Shown one piece after another: positions 25,032-37,226 of a stretch of DNA of 64,000 nucleotides (positions within the stretch are counted from its first letter, which is position 1; the number at the start of each line of letters is the position of its first letter). The notes under the pieces are model-generated. The model was not told the DNA's origin. It saw only the letters and a list, made by a program, of their open reading frames with translations, and did no database searches. Origin of the DNA: Anolis carolinensis (lineage: Eukaryota); assembly GCF_035594765.1 (NCBI RefSeq), contig NC_085843.1, forward strand, positions 26,489,955-26,553,954, written 5' to 3'. The position numbers were made by a program, and so were the translations under genes.

Positions 25032-28000
25032 CAAGAAAAAGGTTGGGATTCTCAAAAAGTGATCCCTAAGCAGTGCACTAAGAAGTAGCAACGGCATTGA
25101 GACAGAATGCACGGAGCTAGCTAGCACGATCTCTCTCTCCCTCCCTCTCCCTCTCCCCCCCCCCCCTTTCTCTCTTGCTCAAATGCCAGGATGCCACAGA
25201 AATGATAAGGCTAACTGGTGGGTGGGGGCAACTGGATACAGTCGAAGGTTGACCGCCACATGCTCCGTTATTGTCGGCTTCTAGCTGTTCCCCCCACCCT
25301 GTTTCTTGGGATCTGGCTGACACATCACCCAAATCCCCCGAATATTGTACATCAAAACAATATCATACACACCCCTATCATTTATTATTGTTATTATTAT
25401 CAATATTTATTTATAATAAATATGGTGGCTTTCAGTCCTCCATAGTCTGACAGCTCTGTATAAATAAAATATATTTAAATTATATTTTTTTATATTAAAA
25501 TCAACTTTTACATCTTTTTTTAAAAAAAAAAATTGTACAAATAGACACAACCGTACAGCTCAGAGGAAAGTGTATTAGCCCTACATTGTCTTGCTCTGCC
25601 TAATGTGTAGAACTGGACAGGGTCCAACTTTTAGCTTGCTGTTCAATTTTGCAATAAACAGAATAACTTCTTTAAAAATTGTCAAGATGTCCCTTTTTCT
25701 AAGAATGTAGAGACAGGAATAATTTCAATCCCTCATGCACATATTCTTCATCTTGCTTATAATGCTTTTCCCCAGTTAACTCAAGATATTTTCTTCAGTC
25801 ATGTAAGGTGTGTGGTTTGGGTTTTTTTTAACAATACCTCAGATGTGACATATTGGCAGGCATATTAAAATACTTAGGAAGTACAGTATGTCTTCAAAGT
25901 ATTGCCTGTCAAGCCTTTGGAGGCTTGCCTAAATCTCACTATCTTGTAGAACTTTGAAATTATGATAAATGTCCCAACCTGCCTCTGTCTTTCTGTGAAT
26001 AAATTAATATTTTTTGTTTAGGAAAGGATTTTGATTATTTTTGTATCCTCATTTTTTCCTTTTCTGACAATAAAATTAAACACCTTTTAGAAGAAATACT
26101 GTTGTTCCCTCCCCCTCCCCACTATACCTACCTTATTTCAAATTGTGGAATGTTCTCCCTTTCTTCAGCGGCAGGTATGTGTGACAAATGTCCTCAGGCA
26201 AATAGTAAGATCAGGTATTAATTATGATTAGAAAATTACATTTTCTTCTCTTCAAATAGAGGAAAATTTGCTGTGTACATGTGAAAGAATATTTATTTTG
26301 AAGAACTGAGTGGATGGGTGATTAATTTTGAAGAGCGAACATTCAACCATTCCATTGCCAATTTGCCGCAAGGCAGCAACTTTTACATATAATGAAATAA
26401 GTTTTACTAGTCACTAGTCAGTCTCTATATGAGTTGTTTTCAGATTCAGTCATGTAAGTCTTGAAATCACTCGAGAAAGTGCTTCAGCTGAAATGCCAAG
26501 CCAAAACAGTGCAAAATATTACACAGAATGAAGGGCAGCATAGACACAGTTGTTTTCTTCCTCATGCCACCCAAGATGCCACTATGATCCATAAGTCATA
26601 TTTGCTAGTCTGAATCTGTAAATAACACTCTTAGTAAATATTAGTTACTATTCTCCCATATGTGTGGGTCACAAAGAGCATGAAGAACATGTTGCCAACC
26701 TGTAATTGTTATCTGCGAACTCACACAATCTCCTCCCTTCTTCATTCTGTCCCTTTCTCCAAATCTTGCAATGTCAGACTTGGAACTAGGTTTTGACAGG
26801 AAGGCAGGGCTTATATGCATGTGGGTTAGGCTGTGTGGTTAACCCTAAAATGCAGCTATAGAAATTTCTGAATATACAGGGCCAGAATTATTCATATGAG
26901 TGAATTCACAGAAGACCTCTCAAAGAAACACAGTTATAGATAGACAACTTGGTGTCTACACAATCTCAAACACCTAAAAGGCAGTGGTTCTGAATTAGGA
27001 GTCAAAGTCTCTAACCTGATAGTCATTAAAAGCAAAAGAGAATAATTAGTACAAAAACACCACATACTTAAAAGTACATATAAGACGAGCTCATATAATT
27101 TTTTCAGGCTAAGATGGTAATTGTTTAAAAATATGAAGACAGTTGTACTTCTTGGTTTGAACTATAGGAACCACACAATATGAGTCTTGGAACAGGTCTT
27201 ATGATCAATATGAATAGCCTCAACATCCACATATGTAAGAAGTTCTCATCCTGTTTTTGTCCAATGATCCCATAGACTTTGGTGCAGTGGATCCTCCATT
27301 CATGTTAGTGGATTCAGTGGAAATCTTATATGAACTTAGATATATGGAATGCGACCAATGCATAGCTTCTTGACTTAGATGCTTATTGTCTTCACCCTGT
27401 TGAGTCACTGTTAAATGCAGTACAGAAGCCATCATCATTGCTCAGAACTATGTACAAGAGCTGTTGTGTAAATTTGGGATCTGAGTAGGGAAGAAGCAGA
27501 TAAGAGATGGCAGATAGACTTGCAGTAGAAAGATAAGTGGGAAAATCAACCTATTTTGCATTGTATAATTTTATAGTTACAGTGTGCATATAATATCTAT
27601 AAAATGAATTACCTACAGTGTCTCTTTTTTCATTTTTTTCCATTACGAGCACACCATACAAATGAAAAAGTAGAACAGACTATGAGAAGTAAATAGCAGC
27701 ATCTCAGAATGAAATGCAGTGCTTTCCTTTGAACACAATGGTTCTATTTTTCAGGCTTAGAGACATTTGATGTTAATCACTGATTTGTTCCATGCAAATG
27801 CTTTGTGGTGCAGCAAAAGTTTAACGATAACAATCTCTCAGCTCTAATGTGAATACTGGCATATAACTTCGAAGAAAGGACTGGCTTCTGAATAACATAT
27901 AATTGCCCTACAAGATCTGCTGTTCAGAGAGTCATGAAACTTGTGAAAATTTGTACATAAAAACCTGGTGTTCAGATACGAGCTACCAGCAGAAGCAGAT

Positions 28001-29362
28001 GTAACAAAAATGGTTTGAATATGTTTCTCCACTGGGTTCCCTCTCTGCTTTCCCTTTCTGGCACAAGGCCTCTCTAATTTGATCTAGGAGCTTCAATATG
28101 CTTCCATCACGACATAATGTATCATTTACTATAAATTCACTCTTATTTAACATGTATTACATGGATGTTTTCCCCAGCCTGGTTCTCAGTAAAACAGTCT
28201 ATGTTATTTTCTATTTTGAGGCATTGCTCTTTCTTTGTCTTCCTTCCCCTCGAGATAAAAATTACATCTTACTCATACGCGTAGGGACCTGGTGTCTTCG
28301 GCACTTGTCTGCCCTCGCATGACCCATCTTCAGAAATGTTCATTTGTTATAGCTTTATTCAAATAGCCAGCCTCTCTATTACAAACAAGCAGACAGCCCA
28401 ATTTCTATTAACCATGCACCATTCTTTTGTGCTTCCCAAATGTCTTCCTGCAAGCACTAGAAATTATTTCCATATATTATGTTGCCAGTTGTCCTCTGCA
28501 ACATATTGCCCAGGTTCTGTATATCTTGTTAGCGCTGGTCCATGAAATGTGACGCTGCCCATCCTTCCCATATATTTCCGTCATCTTTTTGTTGTCTTCT
28601 CTGGCAAATATTTTATCTCAATGAGTAAAATCAACCAATGCAGTTTTATTTTGCAGCCTTTATTTAATTTTCTGTGGCTTGCACCAGCCTCCATCAGAAA
28701 GAACAGAGCTTGCACAGCAAGCAGTGCCTAGTTGGCTTGCACCCTGTCTTTTCTATTTGGATCAATTATACTTGATTGACATGATGAGGGAGACGAATGA
28801 GTGTTGGCAAAATAGCACAGGGAAACAAAATCACCTTGTGCTCAAAAGAATCTTTCCTCTTGAATTTTTCATGTTGGCTGCGTTCAAATCAAGTTATATC
28901 TTGTTCTGATTTGTCAGCTGTCTGGGCTTCTTTTCATTTCTTCTCCAGTTTCCCCTTCCGCCCAGGTCACTTTTAATGCAGGTTTGCCATCTCCTTCTCT
29001 TTCTCTTTCAAAGTGAGCAATTTAATGGGAGTAGGTAGTTTTTCAGAGAAATGGGCAAGTGACATAGGATGACAGGCTACACCACAGCGGGTCACAGCAC
29101 AGTAGTTTGGAAATTGGATTGAAGGAGATAGAAAATTGAGTACTATCTTACAAGAGCCATCCACATGTATAAAATGCAGAAGAATTAAGCAAGTTGTGGT
29201 TGGAGCAGCAAGAAAGGACCTAAATTGCGGCATACATTAGAAGAGGGGAAAGGAAGAAAATTGGGTTGCCCTATTGCTTCTGGTTTATGTGGAATAGTTT
29301 GTGACCTGCACCTGAACTTCACATTGCACCCTCATTATGCTGCTATCATAAATCGATTAGAA

Positions 29363-29497
29363 CAGTGGTTCTCAACCTATGGATCCCCAGGTTTTTTGGC
29401 TTACAACTCCCAGAAATCCCAGCCAGTTTACCAGCTGTTAGGATTTCTGGGAATTGAAGGCCAAAACATCTGGGGACCCACAGGTTCTGAACCACTG
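29363..29497. mobile_element. 135-bp palindromic hAT MITE
   Basis: TIR cagtggttc / gaaccactg, largely self-complementary, 8-bp TSD gattagaa/gattagag. Older relatives at ~43558-43692 and ~50163-50285. Confidence 0.85.
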
Positions 29498-29789
29498 GAT
29501 TAGAGACTAAATCATGACTTTAGGTGGCGTATTGATGTGTATATATACACAGGCTTGTACCAAATAAATAGGAAAATGAGAATACAGCCCCTTCTCCACT
29601 GCAAAGAGTAAAGAAACTGATTGCAGTTACCTCTTTGAGTTCCACAGCATTGGGAGCAGGTAAGCAACAGGTGAACTTGAAGGCTATGTTTGAAGGCCTC
29701 ACCACATTGCCCTTCTATTGCCATCATCAAAACCTTGTAGTAAAAATGATCAAGAATCTCATTGTGTTGCTCCACCCTTTGTTCTGGTA

Positions 29790-30156
29790 TTCAGTAAAGG
29801 TTTCCCCTACCTAGAAAAAACCTACTCAGTGAGGTTAGGGGCACAGGATCCCCGTGCAAGTGGAAAACTATGAGTTTAAAAGTTGCAAATTTTTACCAGA
29901 CAGAACACCTCTCTATGAATTTCTAAATCTTTCAGCATGACTCAACATCTGCTGAAAGCTGATCACAGAATTGCACTAGAAGACTTACAAATTAACAGAG
30001 AATTTTTCAATTTAGGAACTAATAGGTCCTCTGATATGACTTCTGAAGGAGGTTTACCATAGAGTCAAACTGGAGATTTAGTGAGACAAGTTTTAGTCAA
30101 ATCCATGAATAATCAATTCCGCAAAAGTCAAACCCACAAATCTGAAGGGCCAACTA
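29790..30156. mobile_element. Old Tigger-like MITE
   Basis: ggttaggggcacagga...aagtggaaaac and right end gaagggccaactata; homologous to 7538-7851. Confidence 0.5.
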
Positions 30157-31455
30157 TAATTTCTTCCTAATTTCTGTCTTTCTATTGTAGTATCCTTCTC
30201 TTTCTGTGTTATAGAGACAATCATAAAGAAAAGCAGCCTTTCTCACAAAAATTGTCGGTAGTTGCAGTGGTGATAATGCTACTTCATGAGTTCTAGGGTT
30301 GTATACTGTGACACCCCCCCCCCCCGCCCCCCGGCATCCTTGAAATTTATCTCCCCTTCTGTCTATTTTACAGATGTCTTAGTGTTGCTCTGCTGAATCT
30401 GTAATGTATACATGAGCTGCAGCACTGCCGATGAACTAGCAACTACATCTTTAAAATAGTCTAATTGGACTGTACTGAAAATCCTTACTTTCAGTTGAAA
30501 ATAATTAGGAAAATCCCATCCCTGTTTTCTTGTCCTTTCAATTTCTGCACATGGTTTTTGGAAGAACTATTGCTTGTCCACTTATACATGTGAAATGACT
30601 ATTATATCTCAAAATCATATAGGTAGACTTATAGTTACCAAAGTCTTATGGTCTATAAAAGTGAAGTTGAGATTAGGAATGAATGAATACATGAATTCCT
30701 GTTCTTCCCATTGTATTAATTTTAAATCTGCTTTGCCTCATTTCTTTATCAGTTTTTTTTTCTCAGCATGAATATTTACATGCAATTTTGTACACAATTT
30801 CTGATATTATACACAGTTTCTTCTAATAAAATATTTTCACTAATATCCATTCTTTTGTGTACATGTACTCATGACAGAAGCATTTTGTATGCATTTTTGT
30901 TGGTGATCTGCATTGCAAATTTAATGCAGGAGTGCATTTTAATTTGTGTATTGGTCTGAGAAATAGAAATTAGCTATGTTTGTATTGTAATTGAGCTGAA
31001 TGGTCCCTTAACCCTACTCACAATATATTATTTGAACCACATAATCAAAGTGGGAAGGATGATCAGTTATACACCAGATTGCTGTGGGTTGGATGTGTTA
31101 TGTTCCTAAAGCAGAACAGCTGCAGTATTTGGAAAAAATAAGAAACTGATTAGGTGAAAATACTTAAGGTGATAAAAACCATGTTGCTAGGAGGAACCCA
31201 ATGCTAATAGAGCATTACCCTGCCTAAATTAATCAATTACACATAAAACACAGGTAATTTTGCAATTCTGTGATGACTGTTCTCCAAAGATAGTATTCAG
31301 CCCTTAGGCAGTGAAGTCCAGAGAGTCTCATTTTGTTGCATATTTCACCCAGAGTGCTGCCTAAAAGGTAAGTATTTCATGACATTGTTGCTGGATTAGC
31401 TGTACACAAGATCCCTGAGTTTCAGCCACCTGTCGTATATGGTTTTGTTTAACTA

Positions 31456-31784
31456 CAGTGTTCCCTCACTACTTCACAGTTTGCTTTTTGCAGCTTTTCT
31501 TTTTTTTCGGTTTTCCAATAAACTCTAAAAGAATATTATAAATCATAAAAAATTACAATTTACAGCCTAAGGAAGGGAGGAAGGAGAAGCAGAAGGGAGA
31601 GGAAAGGAGCCCAAGTGGCAACAGGAGGAGGAGGAGGAGATTGGTTGATAAAGACTTAAAATAGTGTATAACTACTAAAATAATGTATAAATATTAAAAT
31701 AAATATAGCGTCCCTACTTTGCGGATTTTCACTTATTGCGGGTGGTACTAGAACCTAACCCCCGCGATAAGTGACGAAACACTG
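31456..31784. mobile_element. Tc1/Mariner MITE
   Basis: TIRs cagtgttccctcact / agtgacgaaacactg with TA TSD. Confidence 0.82.
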
Positions 31785-32200
31785 TACACAAAAGACAGCT
31801 GGTATACAAATGGTCCCAACAAATCTATTGCAGTTACATCAGTTACATTCTTTGCAATCTAGGATTGCTGACAATGACCCAAAACAAGATTTCCATCTCA
31901 TGTAAAGATTTGTTTTCATTTGCTGTCTTTCTCTCTATGCGTGTGTTTGGTCATTTTGGAATGACTGTATGAGATTCTGCAGTCAAAAATACTTCTCTGA
32001 ACATGGGACATTTTTATACCTTGCAATACTCATTCGCATTGGGGACAGAAAATACCTCCGATTAAAGCTCTCTGTTGATGTTTATAATCTGATTGGCTGA
32101 TGTATTTGGCAATATAAGAAAAGCTGCAATGATTACATATCTTGATGTTGGAACCACTTTAAGTAACTTTGTACTCGAAAGGAGAACCCCCTGTTATAGA

Positions 32201-32234
<34 letters not shown>

Positions 32235-32450
32235 ATACTTTTACCCCGCCCTTCTTACCCCAAAGGAGATGCAGGGTGGCTTTACAATGTGACAATAATT
32301 CAATGCCATTTAAAATACAAGGAAACTCATTTAAAATACACATTAAATTACAATAGAACACAATTAAAACCAGTAACATCACATGATCCAAGAGCAAAGT
32401 CCGGGCCATTCCCTTAGTCAAATTTCATGTCTTTCGTGTCTATTGTATTT
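32201..32450 (-). mobile_element. L2-type LINE 3' tail with (TTAC)n microsatellite
   Basis: (ttac)n followed by taccccgcccttcttacccc...; shares ccgggccatt with the copy at 50540-50899. Confidence 0.55.
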
Positions 32451-32905
32451 CAATCTAACAACTTTTTCTCCATTAAATCATTTTTAATTATGTTGTGAGC
32501 CAACTTAAATTCCAGCAGTATGAAGAAACACTTTTCCTTAGAATCAGAAGTTTTGTCTCAAAACTAGTTCTAGCAGTTGAGATCTTTATCAGGAGAAAGG
32601 GTTTTTTGTAAAATTAATGGAACTTAGTTTTCCACTGAAGACAAATCCCAGCCCCCACCCTAAATACATTGTATTACAGTAGAGGTATCTCGCAACAAAG
32701 GCTGTTGGCAGTGGTATTAATTCTCACGTCCCAACTCAGTCATGGTGAGGTCCGTCACTAAGCTGAGACGGAATGGGAGACATTTGAGGTGTTTGAAGAT
32801 GGTGGTGGTGTTGCTATTTGTCGAAAATTATGGATACTTTGATCTTACGAGGCCTGGATCCAATGCACCTCTTCTTGCCAGGTCATAAAGTTGCATAATC
32901 TAGAT

Positions 32906-33724
32906 CAGGGGTCCTCAAACTTTTGAAGTGGAGGGCCGATTCATGGTCCCTCAGATTGCTGAGGGGCCGAATTATCATTTGAAAAAAAAAACGAACAAAT
33001 TCCTATGCTCACAGCACATGTCTTATTTATAGTGCAACCCCCCCCCCCCCCAACATTGATTTATTTACAGTATTTACTACATTTATACCCCACCCTCTCT
33101 CATCCCGAAGGGGACTCAGAGCGCCTTACAAGTTGTATGTACATACAATATATTATTATTAGCATAGCACAATATTAGCATTATATATTACTATATTGTA
33201 CCATACCATTATGCCGTAATATTATTAGTGACATTACATTAAATATATAATATATAATTAATATTATTATATTATACAATATTATTATATTGTATTATTA
33301 TTAGCCGCCCTGAGTCCCCTATTGGGTGAGAAGGGTGGTGTAGAAATACTGTAATAAATAAATAAATATTATATTGTATTACATTATAATATTATTATCA
33401 ATATTATATGTATATGCAATATATTATATTATTACCATATCATTCATTTACAATATTTCATTTACAATATTAGTAAATGAAAGAACAATACAATATTTAA
33501 AAATAAAAATAATTTTAACCAACATACTGTAAACTTATCAGGATTTCAGTGGGAAGTGTGAGCCTGCTTCTGACCAATGAGATAATCAAGTATGATTGTT
33601 GTTGTTGTGCCTTCAAGTCATTTCAGACTTTGGGCGAGCCTAAGTCTAAAACTGAGGGTGGGGGCCAGGTAAATGGCCTTGGAGGGCCGCATCCGGCCCC
33701 CGGGCCTTAGTTTGGGGACCCCTG
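32906..33724. mobile_element. Non-autonomous hAT element (CAGGGGTCC TIR family)
   Basis: Same TIRs as 11931-12640; perfect 8-bp TSD ATCTAGAT. Confidence 0.93.
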
Positions 33725-33943
33725 ATCTAGATTGTGAATAAATCTTGTTGAAATGAAGGTTGCTTCTTCTTAAGTTATGTTATATTCTTTAGTTTACACT
33801 TGAAAGCTAATAGCAAGAAGTGTGCATATACTGGGAAAGCATTTGTAAAATGATCAGGCTTTTTTATAATGCTTATTTGCCTTTTTTGTTCTTTCTTCTT
33901 CTTTTAAAATATAGCTTCATGTATTTTAATTTGTCATTTACAG

Positions 33944-34000
33944 GAGAAAAGGTTGAAGGAAAAAGCAGCTAGAAGGGAAGCCAGAAAGAGAAGTGCAAAG
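33944..34000 (+). CDS. DDX10: DDX10 coding exon, 57 nt, phase 0
   Basis: Acceptor tcatttacag| and donor |gtaagg. Translates EKRLKEKAARREARKRSAK (DDX10 EKRLKEREARREANKRQAK-like) and continues the frame of the previous exon. I found no further DDX10 exon in the window. Confidence 0.93.
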
Positions 34001-35429
34001 GTAAGGCTTTTTTATTCTTTCACTGAAATTGTTTGATAATGTAATTTTGATGACATGTTTTTCTTAATGTTTCCTAATATTACCAGATACCCTCCAACAT
34101 TTTGCTTTTAATATTTTATGCCTCTACATACTGTGAAAAGTAGCAGGGTAGTATCTATTTTAGGAGTCTAAATAGGCTGTATCTGTCCTGAAAAAAGATG
34201 TCACTGCTGGAGGCTCACGTAAGATATCAGTTCAGAGTTCTGTAATAGGCATCGTGGAAATTTTGTGCTGGGAATTGGGGGGGGGGGAGTGAAATAGATG
34301 TCATAAAATTTGGGAATGAGATAAGCAATGGGCCAATATAAATGAAAAATTTGCACACTTCCAAACCCTTTATCATAATTAGAATTTCTCCAGCGTGGTC
34401 CCTGTGAAATACGCACAAATGGTATTTGCTGCGCCTGCGCAGGCAGCTTCAGAATCTTCTAGAAGTCTCTTTTAGTACAAAATGGTGGTAGCCCCGTCCA
34501 CTCTCCCCATAGAGTATATATAGCCAGTGGGAGGGGCTACTGCCTCAGTTCCATTTGTCCACCGCTTCAGCAGCAGCTATGGAATCTATTCTTTGACTAG
34601 CCAATTTTTTTTCTTTTCCTTTTAATCTCTTATTTATTATAATTTTTATCTATTAAACTATTATTCTTATTATTAGAAGGGCCACTGGACATTGATGTTG
34701 TTGTTGTTGTTGTTGTTATTAGATAATAATACTGGTGTACATGACTACCTGACAGATGGGTAGACGGCTGCCTAGGTGTCATGTTCCTTTTACTTAGACC
34801 CCAACCTTCATGTGCGCCTTCCCTCCATTTTTCTCTTAACATGAGCTGTGCTCAGTCTGAGCAATAGATACAATCTACGTATTGATCACCCTTGGTGGCC
34901 TCGACGGGCTCAATTTGCTTCATTCTTCAAGGCTTCTAGTGGGAGTTTATCCACTTTCAAACTCTCCCTTAACTTGCTGACCTCGCAAGGGGGACAAGCC
35001 TACCATCCCAAGTCTATGCCTTACGACTTGGCGAATAGGCTCCAACACCTCTCTAAATCGTAAGCCATTATTGGGGCATCCCAGAGGCTCCCACCACGTG
35101 TCCTTAGATCTATAAGTGAGACTGCTTCATTACCCCTCTAAAGGGAAATGAGTTGTTCCGTTTGCTGCCACTACTCCAGCGATTCTGGTTTTCCTGCTAT
35201 CCATCTTCTCTAAAACGTTACTTGGTAGCCATTTCATGGTACAGGAGGAAATCGGGGTGCCCTCTGTACTTCTCTGACCACTTGGTTCTGCTTTTCTCAT
35301 GGTTTCAAAAACATGCAACCTCCTGTCACCTATCATGCCCCAGCTTGGGGTTTGGAAATCATCCTCTCATGTCTATCGAAGCTGTTTTTCGATTTCTCCT
35401 CTTCAATGGATGTAGCCTTTCTCCCCAGG

Positions 35430-37226
35430 TGTCAAGACCCAGGCTGCAGAGCACCAATAACCATGCACAGAGACCAGAATCTATCTAATATCTTTATTAA
35501 AGGAATATATAAAGTCAATAAAAACAAGTGAAGAATATAGTTCAGAAGTAGACCTTTCAGGAAAGGTCAAATATAGTCCAGGAAATCAGTGTCCAATATG
35601 AGATATTAGAGTCCAAAGTTATAATCCAATAACCGAAACACACACTTTGCCGAGCAAAGTGTGGGGAAATGACAGGGTCCTTTAGTCCAATGGAGCTTGA
35701 CAACAAGGCTGGAGAGCAAACTAGATTCTTAGCAAACAAGGCTTGATTCGAGGCAACAAGAAGCAAGAAACAAGAACAGGGTCCGTGGCGAAGTCCGTGG
35801 CAAGGTCCGGGGAACAAGGCAGGGTTGGAACAAGAACAAGGTCCTGGAAACAAGGATCAGGAGTAGCGTAGTCCACACACGATCTCACTCCCGAAGCTGA
35901 CGAATTGACTCCGCAAGGATCTCCTTGCGGGTAAACACCTATATAGGATCTTGTTTTCCCGCCAAAGAACACTTTCCCTGGGGAACAAGAAGTGAAACCC
36001 ATACTATGTCCAGATGCATGACTCCTTGTCACGACCCAGGCTGCAGAGCACCAATAACCATACACAGAGGCCAGAATCTATCTAATATCTTTATTAAGGA
36101 AGTATATAAAGTTAATAAAAACAAGTATAGGAAATAGTCCAGAAGTAGACCTTTCAGGAAAGGTCAAAATTAGTCCAAAAAAGCAATGTCCAATATGAAA
36201 TAGTAAGGTCCAAAGTTGTAATCCAATAACCGAAACACTCACTTGCCAAGCAAGTGAGGGGAGATGACAAGGTCCTTTAGTCCATGAACTTGAGCAAGGC
36301 TAGGAAATAACTTGATTCTTGGCACACAAAGCTTGATTCAAGGCAACAAGGGAACGAGGAGCAAGAACAGATCCGTGGCAATTACTTGGCGAGGTCCGGG
36401 AAACAAGGCAAGATCCGGGGAGAAAACAAGGCTGAGAACGAAGGCTTGGAACAGGAACAAAGGCTTGGAAGCAGGAGTAGCTGTCCACACACGCTGCTCC
36501 GGTAGCTGACGAATTGACTCCGCAAGATTCCTTCGGGAGCAAGGAACCTAAATAGGCCTCGTTTTCCCACCAGAGAACACTTCTCTGGGGAATCAGAAAC
36601 GAAAGTCAATCTCTGTGTCCAGATGTATGACTCCCTAAAATTTCTCATGGCAGCAGGCTTAATCATCTGAATGCTTTGCTGCAATTCTCAAGCTCCTGCG
36701 ATTAGCTTGTTGCACTCCTTTTTGCTGGAGATAATAATTACGGCGCGAAAAAGGGGGAGAACTCGACTCAGGGCTTGTTTGGCAGATTTCTGGAAGACAA
36801 GCCTCCTGCAGGTGCAAAGGCTCAATTTTTGGCTGGGATAGTTCCTTTTCTGGCTGAAATGGTGGAAAACCCAAGTTTTCCTCTTCATCATTCACAACAG
36901 CACTAGGAACGGGACTACATGGCCCATGAGTCATCACACTCCTTAAGATTTCCCAAGGGAAACAGGCTTAATCAGCTAATTGTCTGGCAGCGATTCTGGC
37001 GCTTCGGCGACTCGCCTCCCTAGCGCCTCTATCTCGATTATAATTATCCCGGCGAGAGAACGGGGGAGAATTCTGCCCAAGGCTTGTTTGGCTGACTTCT
37101 GGAGGACAAACATCCTGCAGGTATAAGGGCTCCAATTCTGGCTGAAACGGTGGGAAACCAAAGTTTTCCTCTTCGTCTGCCACAATAGTACTTGGAAGGG
37201 GACTACATGGCCCATGAGACATCACA
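35430..37226 (-). repeat. 3' LTR of the provirus (880 bp = 35430-36026 + 36944-37226)
   Basis: Matches the retained part of the 5' LTR (about 7 mismatches in ~393 bp by manual count); interrupted by a solo LTR. Confidence 0.92.
36027..36938 (-). mobile_element. Solo LTR (912 bp) of a sister Gypsy family, nested in the 3' LTR
   Basis: TGTGATGA...GTGACA termini on the minus strand; perfect 5-bp TSD CTCCT (36022-36026, 36939-36943). Confidence 0.93.

Noticed and set aside
23980-25380. Possible hAT-like element around the Sauria SINE (right end ...cacacccta)
   Set aside because: I could not identify a matching left TIR or an 8-bp TSD.
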